Shown here: piece after piece, positions 1 through 13,016 of the stretch
Position numbering within the stretch: position 1 is the stretch's first letter
Layout: every line of letters starts with the position of its first letter
Origin: Psammoneis japonica
Taxonomy: Eukaryota
DNA: 64,000 nt
Direction of reading: 5' to 3'
Assembly: GCA_008632985.1 (NCBI GenBank)
Contig: QPGO01000192.1
Coordinates: forward strand, 1-64,000
Translations under genes and position numbers: made by a program
The notes under the pieces: model-generated
The model's input: the letters and a program-made list of their open reading frames with translations, nothing else
Told to the model about the DNA's origin: nothing
Database searches by the model: none

Positions 1-391
1 TTGTCTCCCTCCACTCCCAAACTCCAGAGAGTCAAAAACAGTTTCAAAAGTTTTTTGCTGTGCCTTGCAGAGACAGGTGTTCGAAGATTGCCAGCATGAT
101 GATGTGCCCAATGGTCCAACAACAATGCCGATTGATGTTTTGCCCACAAGCCTTGAGACGAGCAGAAAGAGCAACACTGCACTGGGGCTGGACTTGGCAA
201 CAACAATGGCCAGCTGGTTGAGAGCAACAAAGCACAGCACAATCAGAGGTGGTGTGCCAAAATGCTGAAGCAAAAGATCTGCCAAAAGCAGAGCATGGCC
301 AGACTGGCCAAAAGTCCTGTTGATGACATGAAGCTTGCTCAGCAAATCTTTTCAAAGGACAGTTGTCTCACCAACATGATGCGCCCCTTGC

Positions 392-787
392 GACGCATTC
401 CAGACGCAGGTGGGAATCCGTGTGACATCGGGCCCGTAGACTTCTGCGTGCGAGCTCTGCAGCAAAATTGCACGGCAATTAAAACGCCAATGATCGCCAA
501 CAGAAAATGAGGCAATTTTGCGAATGCACAAACTCGCACATGATTGAAGTGCATCATTTTTTGCTTGGCCAGTTGCACTCTTCAGACATTGAAGAATGCA
601 ACTGGCGCATTGTTGTTTCTGCAAATTTGTCACACAAAACGTCTGGGGCTTTGCAAAACAGCGAGTCTGGACAATTTTTTTTAAATGTCACACGTAGAAA
701 TCTACGTGCGAAATGTGCGACGGATGACAAAAATCATTGTTGTCACACGTCAGTGCTGCGAGCTCCCACCTGGGGCTGGAATGCGTC
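392..787 (+). mobile_element. MITE family A copy (GACGCGTTCCAG-type TIRs, 4-bp TSD)
   Basis: Termini GACGCATTCCAG...CTGGAATGCGTC; TSD TTGC at 388-391 and 788-791; near-identical to 34593-34988. Confidence 0.85.
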
Positions 788-1296
788 TTGCTTTGGCTCA
801 TCAAAGAAGGGTGGGTGGTGCTGGTGGACAGACCCCAGTGAAAGAGCTGTTCAACACGCAGCTGTTGTTGGACACATGCGTGGTTGTGCACGTGATTCAA
901 AACATTCACTCGCCGGGGTGCCAAATCAAAAATTTGGGGCTGCTCTCATTTCATCAAGTGCTGTGAGTCACTCGCCACAAATCGCTGTGCAAATCACCTG
1001 CAATCAACTGGCAAGGACACCTTGTGCAGCTCCAAATGATTGGCGAAGCAGATTCTTTCAGTGGAAGACCATTGCCCAATGTCAAGCATGTCTGTGCAAT
1101 CAGTTTGTGTGCTCAAGATGTGCGCCAGTGTCAAACAGGGCAGGAGACAGAGATTGTCTCTTTTCTTCATGCTTTTGCCGTGGTTTCTATTTTTTAACAC
1201 TGTGAAGCACACACGCAATCATAAAAACAGCGGAGCAAAGAATGATGAGAAAAGATCCAGCCGCGAGCCTCTTCTGAAAGGCGCGCGACGGATGAA

Positions 1297-1403
1297 GTCA
1301 GTCAGTCTTTCAGTCAGTCAGTCTTTCAGTCAGTCAGTCTTTCAGTCAGTCAGTCTTTCAGTCAGTCAGTCAGTCTTTCAGTCAGTCAGTCTTTCAGTCA
1401 GTC
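1297..1403. repeat. Compound (TCAG)n/TCTT microsatellite
   Basis: Runs of TCAG interrupted periodically by TCTT. Confidence 0.95.
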
Positions 1404-1511
1404 GTGGATGTCAGCTCGCATGAGGAGAACTTCCAAATCGCCGCTTTTCTTGACACGAATTCTCATCGCCACTATGAAAACGATAAGTGATATCTCCATT
1501 CTTTGACCGCC

Positions 1512-2504
1512 ATGATATATGTTGCTAGACTTTTTGCATACAGTTATTGTGTTTGCCTCTGGTTGGCAGGCGATGGGCCGACAGGGGCTCTCGCTTTTGT
1601 AGTTGCTCCGGTACCGACAAGTACTCTTCGACGGCAAACGAAACCAAGCCATGAATTGCTGGCTAGACCGAGAATGGCAAGTTTTCCTTATGAAACTACA
1701 AGCACTCAACTCTCCTTGTCGTTCAACGAGGACGAAGAAGGATCGAAAGAAACGGTTGATTTGGAGCAATACCGTCACACGGATTTCGTCGCACAGGTCG
1801 AGTCCGTGGAGCGATTTGAGATTGCTGAGTTTGTGGGAATAGGCATCTGGCTCACTGCTTTGAGTACATTCATCTTGCTGAATGAATTCATTGGTCCGTG
1901 GCCGGAGAACCTCATAAAGGCTGTTCCTTGGAACGTTTGGCTCGTGATGCATTATCTTGGAGGTAAGCTTGATATCGTGTCTCCTTTTGAATACTGTAGC
2001 CAACATTCTCACCTCACTACTTACACCTTCTCTCCCTCGATGGATACAGGGATGCTCTTTGCGGGCGGTATCATCATGACAACGTGCATAGAATGGCTCG
2101 TGGCTTCTGAAAAAGATGAATCCGTTCTCAAGTTTTGGTTTGGCAAAGTTCCCGTTTTGGATGCCTTTGTAGTCCTGCCTGGTTTAACCATGGCCATGAT
2201 TGCCGGAACCGGCGTATCAATTCACCATTATGGAGGATTGGGGAAGACCCCTGCTCATATTGAAACCGTCTTTTGGACCCTCGTGGTCTTTGCCTTGTGG
2301 TGGGCCTTGACCGACCTAACCACACAATCCAAAGCTGCCGTGGCCATTGAACAATGGGCCGCAGAGTCAGCTGAAAATGACGATGAGTCGGAAAGCAAGG
2401 ATGTCCCTGGGATTGTAATGTTTCGAAGGATTAGCAACGTAGTCTCCTGTATGTTCATTGTTATGCTGTATGGAATCATGACGCTCAAGCCTGGGCTGGC
2501 GTAA
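1512..2504 (+). CDS. Integral membrane protein, DUF2269-like, with N-terminal signal/plastid-targeting presequence
   Basis: ATG at 1512 and a hydrophobic leader ending ALA-F. Probable intron 1963-2049 (GTAAG...ACAG) gives HYLGGMLFAGG. Several TM helices; C-terminal MTLKPG. Confidence 0.7.
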   Translation: MIYVARLFAYSYCVCLWLAGDGPTGALAFVVAPVPTSTLRRQTKPSHELLARPRMASFPYETTSTQLSLSFNEDEEGSKETVDLEQYRHTDFVAQVESVERFEIAEFVGIGIWLTALSTFILLNEFIGPWPENLIKAVPWNVWLVMHYLGGKLDIVSPFEYCSQHSHLTTYTFSPSMDTGMLFAGGIIMTTCIEWLVASEKDESVLKFWFGKVPVLDAFVVLPGLTMAMIAGTGVSIHHYGGLGKTPAHIETVFWTLVVFALWWALTDLTTQSKAAVAIEQWAAESAENDDESESKDVPGIVMFRRISNVVSCMFIVMLYGIMTLKPGLA

Positions 2505-3041
2505 AGCATGACCAAAACCAAGGCCAGGAATCTGCAACAAAGCGTCTACACTGCAGCCTGAGGCTGTCCGTGCCTGTCGTTCCCATCACCGACTATTTGT
2601 ATGACTGAGATTCAATGAAGATTGACCAATACCGAAAAACTGTACATAAAATAGATCATTTCAAGTCCTCACGTTGCTAAATAGGTTCCTAGCATCCGAA
2701 TAATTTTGTGACCTATGTTCTCATGTTTCCGGACGAGAATAAGACCGCGTACAACAAACAAGATGATCCAATGTACACGAAGAAAAATGATGCCTGAACA
2801 TTCAACTAGGATAGCGCAGGTACCAACGGACGAAGCAACTAATCCGTACTTACACCGAGGAGGAATTGCGACCGGGAGAGATTGTCTAGATAGCACAACT
2901 TTATGCAACGACCCCGTAGCGACTTTTTACTTGGTTCCCACAGACACACCGATCCATGAGTCGCAAGTTGCATTCGCAAGACTCTAGGGAAACCTTATGG
3001 ATCGCCGATTGCCCTGTCGACTTTCCACAACATGAATCAAG

Positions 3042-4453
3042 TCAGCCGCCGGTACGGGCTGAAGTAGTGCACGCAACTACAAAGCCACCATAGTTTCCTA
3101 AAATCCCCGTTGGCTTCCCATCGAAATGTTTTGGAAGGTATCGTAGTACAAGTTCTTCTTGATCATACAAATGCTCCATCACATGAAGACCACAGGACTC
3201 AACCAACGTTTCTGGATCTGATTTCGTCATTGTGAACTTGAAGGGCTCTCCTAGTCGCGCCATGGCCCTTTTCCACATCCGTGACTCTCCCCAGTCACTG
3301 ATGTAATCAAATGCCACAACCCACGGCGACGAAGTCTTATGGCTGGCAATTGTTGATAGAGTGTCCATGACGACGTTTCGGGGAAGATACATTGTACACC
3401 CTCCCAAACAATGATTGTTGGCAAGTGTCGACGAAAACTAACGTCGTCTAAACATTCTAGCCAGCTTTCCGTTTCAAAGTTACAAGGACAAAACATTGTC
3501 CCTGAAGTATCAATCTTGGCCTCTCGCAACACTCGTTTCTTCTCGTCTTGGGTTCTTGGAGCATCGACCTCGTAAGTTTGAATGTTTTGCTCCTTTAGTG
3601 GCAATCGATAGCAACGAGTATCAAATCCTGCTCCAAGAATCACAACGTTAGCTCTTGGTTCATCAGGTTCTTTCAACTGTTTGGATGGCGGCTTATCCAG
3701 GCCTCGAACAAACGTCTCGACACAGTCGTCCAGCCAACAGGTTCGAACCTGGAGAGGTGACACGAAACCCGTCTTGAATAGGGTTAGAAGGTATGCAACT
3801 TGATCTTCAAACACGTGCCGAGTCAATCGATAATTGAATCGAGACAGCCATCCACATGCCAGTAGTATGGACTTTTGTAACCACATCGGAGAAACATTGG
3901 GGCCAAGCAACGCAGTTTGTTCTAGTAACTTTGGAGCCAAATCATCGGGACCTCCGCTCTTTTGCAGAAATGATTGAGATCGTGCCCAGAGGGCCAAAAC
4001 TGCGGTTCGACTTCCACCACGCTCAGTGGAGGAGCGATTAACAGAATCCATTTCTTTTGAATATGCGCTGTCGTCTTGCGAGTTGTTGTTCAGTTTGGAG
4101 TAAAGAATGGAAGGCGTGAGAGTCGCCACAACGAATGCTCCCACCACGACGCCCACTGCAAACGTCAAGATTGACATTGCACCAAGAAGTTTCTGTGTCA
4201 TTATATTCGTTTCCATCGTTTCTGGAACTGTCCGCGCTCGATGACGCTTTGGATCACATGCCAATGGCGCCGTGTAGGAAAGCCGCTGTTTATCGACTAC
4301 AGAATCATCGTGCTCTACAAAGATTTTGTTGTTTTGACGCGCCATTTTTCTTGGAACAAACACAGCAGAAGAAAGAAACGAAGAAGCACAGTCGAAACTA
4401 AAAAGCAGAACAATGCCTGTTATCACATACGACTGGAGGGAATAATTCACCAT
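3042..4453 (-). CDS. SAM-dependent methyltransferase, LCM/Ppm1 family, with a 1-nt frameshift near 3395
   Basis: Motifs RTCWLDD, VVILGAGFDTR and YEVD. The expected WEGVTMYL is split between two frames (GGT GT_ ACA ATG TAT CTT); VAFDY follows downstream. Confidence 0.8.
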
Positions 4454-5013
4454 CCAGAAGATGAAAGGCAGTCAACTAGTCAACCATTGTCGCTTCGAGA
4501 TCTACAGTACCGGTACCGGTATGGAGAAGTTAAGATCCGGATCTAATTTTAGCAGATTTTGAGTTGATTTTGAACTTTTTAGTTTCCAGTTTTTTGCATT
4601 TTCTTGCACACATTTGTATCTGCGAGCTCTGAGCTCTCAGAAACATCTCCCGAAATCCCACTTCGACATCCAACACAAGGAATGGACGAGAGCCTTGTGA
4701 AGAGGATGCACCGTGTCGTCACAAGCAAAACTCCTGTACAATTGTTCAAGACTGACAGTGGTTGCATGACTGGTGTTGAACAGCTGCCTTCTGTTGCCAC
4801 AGGGGCAATGTTCCAGAAAAAAGCATGCCCCACGCACACGAGCCTTCGTGGGCGCAATCTTTTCGGCAGTTTTGAGAGGAGCTGCTGTCTCTGTCATGCA
4901 GAGTTTCTGGCAGCAGCTGAATTTCCAGCCAATGTTGGAGAGCCCACAAAACACACAAGCACTGAGAAAGTGGCAGAGTCGTCAAAACTCAAAACCCCAG
5001 CACAAACGCCAGA

Positions 5014-5415
5014 GGCGTGCTCCAGCAGACGCAGGTGGGAATCCGCGTGACATTGGGCCTGCAGAATTCTGCATGCAAGCTCTGCAGTAAAACTGTCAGG
5101 CAATGAATGTGTCAATGATCGCCAACAGAAAAAGAGGCAATTTTGCGAATGCACAAACTCGTTGATGATTGAAGTGCATCTTCATTTTTTGCTCAGCCCA
5201 ATGGCGCGCTCTTCAGACATTCAAGAATGCTGTTGTTCCCACAAATGTTTCAAATAAAATGTCTGGGGCTTTGCAAAACAGGCAGTGTGGAACACATTTT
5301 TTTATGAAAAAACATGTGAAAATGAGCGTGCTGTGAAACATGTGATGGATGACAAAAAACAATTGTGCCACAAGTTGGCACTGTGAGAGCTCGTCCCACC
5401 TGGGGCTGGGACACC
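5014..5415 (+). mobile_element. MITE family A, degenerate copy
   Basis: Aligns by eye to 392-787 (GACGCAGGTGGGAATCC...CCCACCTGGGGCTGG); termini decayed. Confidence 0.75.
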
Positions 5416-6475
5416 ACGTCACCACTTTGTTGAGTGTGGTGCCACACGGGCTGGCAAGAAGGAGGGAGGAAAGAGTTGCAATTGCCAGCACTGTCAGGAA
5501 GTTTGGAAGAGATTGCACAGCACTTGACAAATCAATGTCTTGAAAGAACTTTCCTCCTCAACATGGGGGGTGGCTTCTCTGAGAGAGCCACCTGCCGCCC
5601 CACACAGAAAGCTGGTGGCACAGCCTGGGGCCTCCTCTCCCCAACAAGGGGTCTGGCAGGCACACAAAGCAGTGAAACAGCTCTCCTTTCTCAAACACAA
5701 AACAGTGCATTTTTCCATCCAGCTTTGGCTTTGGGGTGTCTCAGCTTTTTGAAGCACCCCCCATTCAGTCTCATGCAGCAGAGGTGCGCACAGAGAAGCT
5801 GTGGCTGGCTCACAATTTTTTGAGCTCCTCTGGATCTTGCTGCCCTCCTGCCCCCCAAAGTCCTGTCAGTGGTGGACAGTGCTGACAGCCAGTTGGGGCT
5901 TGCACCACTCTCTGAAGCAGACTGCAGTGGCCCTTGATGCTGCAGAAGGAAATGCTGCTCCTGCAGCTCTTGGGCTCTGAGGCCACTGCTCTGTGAAGGA
6001 CAACAAGACTTGGTCACACTATGATTCACAGATCCAAGTATTTTTCCAATTGTTGCAAAGGCACTCACTCACTTTGGTCATTGCAAAGGACTTTGAGGCT
6101 TGACTTGTGATGAGCATGATGGAAAACCACAATGTCTTCACTCTAATTTTTGTCATGCAGAACTTCTGAGATGTCGAAGCCGCCTTCATGCAACATTGCA
6201 TTGCTAATAAGACCAAGTGACTAGAGAACGAATTATCTAAAACCTTAAATTCATGCAGTGTCTTCCACTTAAATCTACCTACTGTCTTCCTCCCATGCAT
6301 CGCAAACAAAATGAATCTGCCGTGACATCTTGTTGAACGTACTTAATGTGGAATTGATATTCTGACCAGACTTGGTTCAGCAATATTTCGTGCCTAATCC
6401 AAGTGGTTTCTGTGTATAATAATCCTTGATGAGAATAGAAGTCACCTTTTGCCATGGCATGAAATACAAGTGCCT

Positions 6476-7134
6476 TTAGAGACCGTCTATTCCTTCGCAC
6501 CCATTTGCCCCACTTGAACTAAAGACAACTTGCTCAAACAGAAGATCAGGTTCGTCTCCAATGTCATCATCCGTTTCACAGTAGTCGGTGTGGGTCTTGG
6601 CGTGGTCCCCTACGTCGAGGTGCTGTCCGTGGTAAGTAAGGCAATACTCGGGGGATCCAAGAATCCGAATAGCTGCCCAGTGCTTGCTTCCAGGCGAGTA
6701 CCGCCATAATTGCCTGGAAGTATTGTCCAAACACCCCTGAAGCCTGATAGATTCTCCTCTTGATTTGGCCGAGGCTCTGACGCACAGATCGTCATCGGCG
6801 TAGGAGAAGATACGATGGTCACTCAAGTCGCAGAAATCTTCGTAGTAGAACTTCTGGTTATCCTCATCGGGATCACACGGTTCAAGCACGAGCCTATCAT
6901 TCGGGCTTGGGTTGCTGTCTATAAGCCCCAAACAAAAGCACTCCTTGTCTCCGCAGCTATGCACGGCCTCGAAATCATCAGCGTCATCGTTAATATAGCA
7001 GTCGACGGGGTTATCGTCACGCGAATCGCTCTCGTTGCTGCATGCGCATTGCTTCAGACGGAACCAAAAGGGGCGCTCGAGTTGACCACTCCAAGAAGAG
7101 TGCAGAGTATCGTGGCGGAAACAAGAAGCTTCAT
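6476..7134 (-). CDS. Secreted Cys-rich protein with ricin-B (beta-trefoil) lectin-like repeats, with a frameshift near 7079
   Basis: Signal peptide MKLLVSATILCTLLGVVNS from ATG 7134 is 1 nt out of frame with the main ORF. Repeats CLG..LEPC..NQKFYY and LCV..LQGC..RQLWRY are QxW-like. Confidence 0.65.
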
Positions 7135-8394
7135 GTTTTTTGAGGTTCGACTTTCAACAGATGTGTCCTAAACAACTGAAAACTGTCTGTTGCGAAAGTA
7201 AGGCGGAGTGGTGAGAGTGGAAAGCATCAGAAACTCAGCCATTGAGCAAACGCGATCCCTAAAATACCAAACACGATCACAAGGATCATGGCAAGAAGTG
7301 TATGTTCATGGACCGTCCGCCGCTATACTCATCAACAGTAGTGTTGCTTACCTTGACGCAAAGAGTATGTTCACTTTTGTGTTCCCTTGCAGGATAGAAT
7401 AGGGGTAAAGTATTTGGAGAGATGTGTTGCTGTGTGTTGTGTTCGATCGTGTTGTGTTTTTATGAGCGAAAACTGCATCTCCCTCCCTTTGTAACCACTT
7501 GTTCTTTGTTCCACAACACGTTCTATTTAGAGACACCCGACTCACCATCGCGCTGAACATTCCTGCTACTTATCGTTTCCCCTATGTCTCTCTACCTCGC
7601 AATTTTCTTTACATGTGTTTCGAATCGCCCAATTAACAATCGTGGCATGATCTTAACAGCTGCTACGAACGAGAACCCTGATTTTGACAAAGTACACGTG
7701 CTCCTCATGTCACATCAATCGTGTCCCCTGGACCATTGACATTTTTGCACAGTGTCTTTTGCAGTATGGTAATCGTGCAGAAGATTCTTTGCGGTCAAGA
7801 ATAATCCCCGCGAGGAGGAAGATTCTGTGGGATGGGTCCTCAGTCGTGAGGAAGTTTCCGTGGCAACTTCTGTCCATACCAGCAAAGGACGTACGAACTG
7901 ACACTCTAGGCTTCCGATTGGACGAAACTTCATGTGTGTTGTCAAGAACGAGAACCCCAATCAATCACAGATTGCCACGGCCCTGTGAGTCGCGTGTCAT
8001 TGCACTGGAGTTGTGGTGTCCAAAATCCGCTCTAGCTAGGTGCAACACCGGGCGGGGAGGCGTTGTTCTGCCAAATAAAAAACGTAACAGAGGTGCGAGG
8101 CAAGGAGTCGTCAGTCGACACAACAATCATTCCAACAACAACCAACAATGTATGGTAATGGATCACTCCCGGCTTTTGGGAGGTCTGTAATGGATGTGAT
8201 GCAGAAGACTACGGTATGTATGTAGTGGGCAGAAGGTGGGGCCGGCGGGGACTTCTGCCAGCCACCGTCTCGATGTGATCAGTCTGTCTTCTGCGTATTC
8301 TCACCGTGGATAAACTTGCGAGGATCTCCTGCACATTGCCCCCCCCCGTCCCCGCGCAGTGGGTCAGGTGCAAGCGCGCGGCGCTCGCACTTTG

Positions 8395-10194
8395 GGACTC
8401 CCACTGCTCGAGTGTGGGTGGGCCTAAGTAATTCTAAAAACCGTTAACGGCCGTTACTATGTAATTTGGTAGTATTTTGGTACTCTATATATGAGGCATT
8501 TATGTAGAAATTACGTACGTACAATTAATAGGGGAAGCGAGCGTGGAGAAGAGACGACGCGAGCGAAGCACGAGCGAAGAGACCGACAATGATGCAAGTG
8601 CCGGAGAGAGACGCAAAGACAGCAATCCAACGATGTTGCAAGAGGGCGCAAAAGAGAGAAAAGATCTATTTGAGTTAGTACCATATCTTCAATAAAAAGA
8701 ACAAAGCAAGACAACATTGGTGTGCACAAAAACTTGCACAGAGAAGCACGGCACCAGCGCCTGAAAAATGACCACATCTGTGGTGAAATGGAACAACACA
8801 AGGAGGTGAGAACATACTTTTCTACAAATACAAAGCAACAACAAGCAAACGACCAATGTAAACTCACCAGTAGGGTCAAAACTTGGGGTGCCTGGATCGT
8901 CAACGGCGGGCAGGGAGGACAGATGGAAGAGAGGCAGTCTGGTGGTTCCGCGGAGCAGGACGACAAAAGCAGGCGGCAAATCGGCATGAGGCATGAGCAA
9001 TGGCAGAAAGTCAGTGCTTGGGATTGAGTGACTCGTCCAGTCCATAAAAGTTGTGGCAGCAGCTTGGAGAACGGAGGCAGCGCCATGGTGGACGGCATGG
9101 ACCGGGGCAGAAGCAGCGCGCCATGGTGGGGTGACGGAGCCAAAAACGGTGACGGCGACGGTGTAGACCCATGGACTTCGACATCCCCATCTTCGAGTCC
9201 TGCACATCAAGATCCCCATCTTCAAGTCCTGCACATCAAGATGCGGGACAAGGAGGTTCAAGGTGAGTGCCACCGCGAATGAGAGCGGGGGAAAATGAGA
9301 CTTGATTCCACGAGAATCAGAGCTCACCACATTTTGAGTCATTCTGACCCATTCTAGAGCCGTGGCTCACTCACATGGCACGACCCAATGGCGTGCAACA
9401 CTGTCAAGCAAGGTGGGGGTCGGGAGGCGGTGTCGCACCAGTCAAACTGGCCAAAAGTGCCATTGTCGGAGGGAGCGGTGGTTGTCGATCGGCCGCTCGG
9501 AAAAATTGTGAGCCATCAACTCGACCGCGCACCGTCAGGAGTCGAACAAAATTTCTTGGCACAAAATGCACACAAATGTGCGTCAGCATAAAAATGGTGT
9601 AGAAGGGTTGCAAGTAGAGCCGTTGCTGTCTCCATGTAGACTGCAAGGATTCTGCCGTCAAACTGTGCCAACACGCACAATTCCACGTGGTCGATTTGAA
9701 TCAATCCCACCAACGTTTTTGAATTTCGATCGCAACAACGGCTTTAGGTGCTGAGATGAATGTGACACACAAGTTTGAATTAAATGTCATGCACAGTGTC
9801 AACAATTTTGAATGATTGCGCGACTGCCAGTCGGCACCAAAAACCATCGCCAACAAGCAAACCTGCAGCACAAAAGCACTCTTTGCGATGCTTTGGCACT
9901 TCACTCTTGCACATGAAAGCGCTCCCCAAGCAGTTGACGGTCGAATTACACACGTGAAATCCTCACAGCGGGAGACCCCATGCAGGCTCCCGTGTGCACT
10001 CAACGCGCCTCGGTTGGGACCTTCTCGTTGGGTCAGCCCAAACGAGAAGGCCACACGACAAGCTGTGGGTCATTCTTGCCATTGTGCAACCCGCCTCGTT
10101 GGTCTCCACCTCATTGCTTGGACCCTTCTTGTCGGGTTTGGCGGGGCCGAACCCTCCTGTCGGGCTCCACAAGTGCACAGGGCGCGCACCCACA
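8395..10194 (+). mobile_element. Repeat family C, complete 1.8 kb unit
   Basis: Starts GGACTCCCACTGCTCGAGTGTGGG and is followed head-to-tail by a second copy at 10195; third copy at 44817. Confidence 0.85.
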
Positions 10195-12285
10195 GGACTC
10201 CCACTGCTTGAGTGTGGGTGGGCCCAAGCAATTCTAAAAACCGTTGAAGGCTGTCACTGTGTAATTTGGCAGTGTTTTGGTGCTCTGTGCATGAGGCATT
10301 TATGTGGAAATTACGTGCATACAAACATTGGGGGAAACGAGCGTGGAGAAGAGACGACGTGAGTGAAGCACAAGCGAAGAGACCGACAATGATGCAAGTG
10401 CCGGAGAGAGATGCAAGGAGAGCAATCCAACGACATTGCAAGGGCACAAAAGAGAGGAAAGATCCATTTGAGTGAGCACCATGTCTTCAACAAAAAGAAC
10501 AAAGCAAGAAGACATTGGCGCGCATGAAAACTTGCACAAAGAAGCACGGCACCAGCGCCTGCAAAATGACCACATCTGCGGTGACATGGAACAACACAAG
10601 GAGGTGAGAACATGCTTTTCTGCAAATGCAATGCAACAACGAGCAAACGACCAATGGAAACTCACCAGTGGGGTCAAAACTTGGGGTGCCTGGATTGTCA
10701 ACGACGGGAGGAACGACGGATGAAAGAGAGTCTGCTGGCTCCACGGAGCAGAACAACAAAAGCAGGCAGCAGATCGGCACGAGCAATGGCAGAAAGTCAG
10801 CACTTGGGATCAAGTGACTCGTCCAGTCCACAAAAGTCGTGGCAGTGGCTTGGAGAACAGAGGCAGCGCCATGGCAGGATGGCATGGACTGGGACAGAAG
10901 CAGCGCGCCATGGTGGAGCGGCGACGGAGCCAAAAACGGCGACGGCAATGGTTTGGACCCATGGACTTCGACACCCCCATCTTCAAGTCCCACACATCAA
11001 GATGCGGGACAAGGAGGTTCAAGGTGAGCGCCATTGCAAACGAGAACGGGGGAAAACAAGACTTGATTCCGTGAGAATCAGAACTCACCACATTTTGAGT
11101 CATTCTGACCCATTCTAGAGCCACGGCTCACTCACACAGCACGACCCAATGGCGCACAACACTGTCAAGCAAGGCAGGGGTCGGGAGGCGGTGTCATGCC
11201 GGTCAAATCGGCCAAAAGCGCCATTGTCGGAGGGAGCGGTGGTTGTCGATCGGCCGCTCAGAAAAATTGTGAGCCATCAACTCGACCGCACACCATCAGG
11301 AGTCGAACAAAATTTCTCAGCGCAAAATGTGCACAAATGTGCGTCAGCATAAAAATTGTGTAGAAGGGTTGCAAGTAGAGCCGTCACTGTCTCCATGTAG
11401 ACCACAAGGATTCTGCCGTTAAACTGTGCCAATGTGTGTAATTCTACGTGGTCGATTTGAATCAATCCCACCAACGTTTTTGAATTTCGATTGTAATGAC
11501 GGCTTTAGGTGCTGAGATGAATGCAATGTGTAAGTTTGAATTAAATGTCATGTGTGGCATTGAGGCACAAACACAACGAGCGCACAGTGGGCAATGTCAG
11601 ACAGGTGACATCGTGCATTTTTTGCGATTTGTGCGACAAATTGCCGTCGACACCGACGATGACGATGACACTTTTCAGATGCTCTTGGAGGACGACTTTG
11701 CAACAGGCACTTAACATGTTAATCAACAACACCACAATGAACACATGTGCGTCAAGAAAGTCCCCCGGACGAACTCTCAATCGTGCCACAATCGAGTGCA
11801 TCAAACGATGGTCGAAAAATTGAGCTCGGCATTGGCACGATGTTTTGCTTTCAAACGGAGGCTTCTCCCGGGGACTTTCATGACTGAATGCATTCTTAAA
11901 CTTAACAAACTAAATGTCCACAATGCCCAAACAGTCGAGGACATGTCGCTGTTGTTGTTGTCGTAATGACAACGCACCATCGTCATGTCGCCGATTTTCA
12001 GCAATGATGCGTGTAGCGTGCACGAAGTTTCCAGCACAAAAAAAAATCTGGAAGTCGAATCGTCTTGTCATCTCTTGCACGGTTCTGCGATTGCCTCAAC
12101 AATTTTGAATGATTGCGCGACTGCCAGTTGGCACCAAAAACCGTCGCCAACAAGCAAACCTGCAGTGCAAAAGTGCTCTTTGCGACACTTTGGTGCTTCA
12201 GTCTTGCACATGAAAGCGCTCCCTGAGCAGTTGATGGTTGAACCATGCACACAAAATCCTCGCCAACAGAAACCCCTTCCTGTGT
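10195..12285 (+). mobile_element. Repeat family C, second (3'-truncated) unit carrying an insertion
   Basis: Colinear with 8395-9980 apart from the 11564-12095 insert. Confidence 0.8.
11564..12095. mobile_element. Small non-autonomous insertion GGCA...TGCC
   Basis: Absent from the other two C units, whose empty site reads TCAA; flanked here by TTGA and TCAA. Confidence 0.6.
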
Positions 12286-12619
12286 TGACATTTGTCTCCA
12301 AGGCCATTGTCACAATTGCCATTGTCATTCACAGCAGCATTGCTGGCAGTGGCAGCAGCAGCCAAGCAGTTCCATGAGTTGACATTTCTGCCTCCAGCAC
12401 CATTGTCGACATTGTCCTTGTCCAAAGTCCTGGGCAAGAGTGCTCTGTGAAAGAGGTTGAGCACGAGCATGTGTGCACAACAACAACAAACAACAACAAA
12501 CAGCATGATGGCAGCAGCAGCAATCCCGGTGTGTCAATGATTTTCACAATCAGTCAGCATGTTTGACTCGTGCAACAACAACATGTGGAATCAACCACAG
12601 AATGTCCACAGCAATGAAC

Positions 12620-13016
12620 GACAGGCTCCAGTCCTGGGCGGGACTCCATGTGACATTGGGCCCACAGAATTCCATGTGCAAGCTCCGCATTAAATTTGTC
12701 AAGCAATGAAAATGTCAATGATCACCAACAGAAAAACAATCACACAAACGCATCTCCTCCTTCACACTTTGAGCACATCATCAATGGTTTGCCCGGGTGT
12801 GCTCTGCAGACATGAAAGAACACACCCAGAGCATTTTCACTCTCATGAATGTCGAAAATAGAAAGCCTTTGGCTTCGCAAAATGGGGAGCATGAAACAAT
12901 TTCGTAGAATGTCACACGCAGAAATCCATGTGCACGACATGCCATGCAATCCAAAAAACTCTGATGTCGCAGTGCAGTGGTGCAAGGTCCCACCTCTGCC
13001 AGAGCTGGAACATGTC
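12620..13016 (+). mobile_element. MITE family A-related copy (subfamily of 33111-33507)
   Basis: GACAGGCTCCAG...CTGGAACATGTC; flanks GAAC/AAAC; reverse-complement match to 33111-33507. Confidence 0.75.

Noticed and set aside
3380..3410. Programmed ribosomal frameshift in the methyltransferase
   Set aside because: There is no slippery heptamer, and similar single-base losses recur in unrelated genes.
7684..8190. 168-aa ORF and overlapping minus-strand ORFs
   Set aside because: No ATG-led coherent frame or recognisable domain; cannot be supported.
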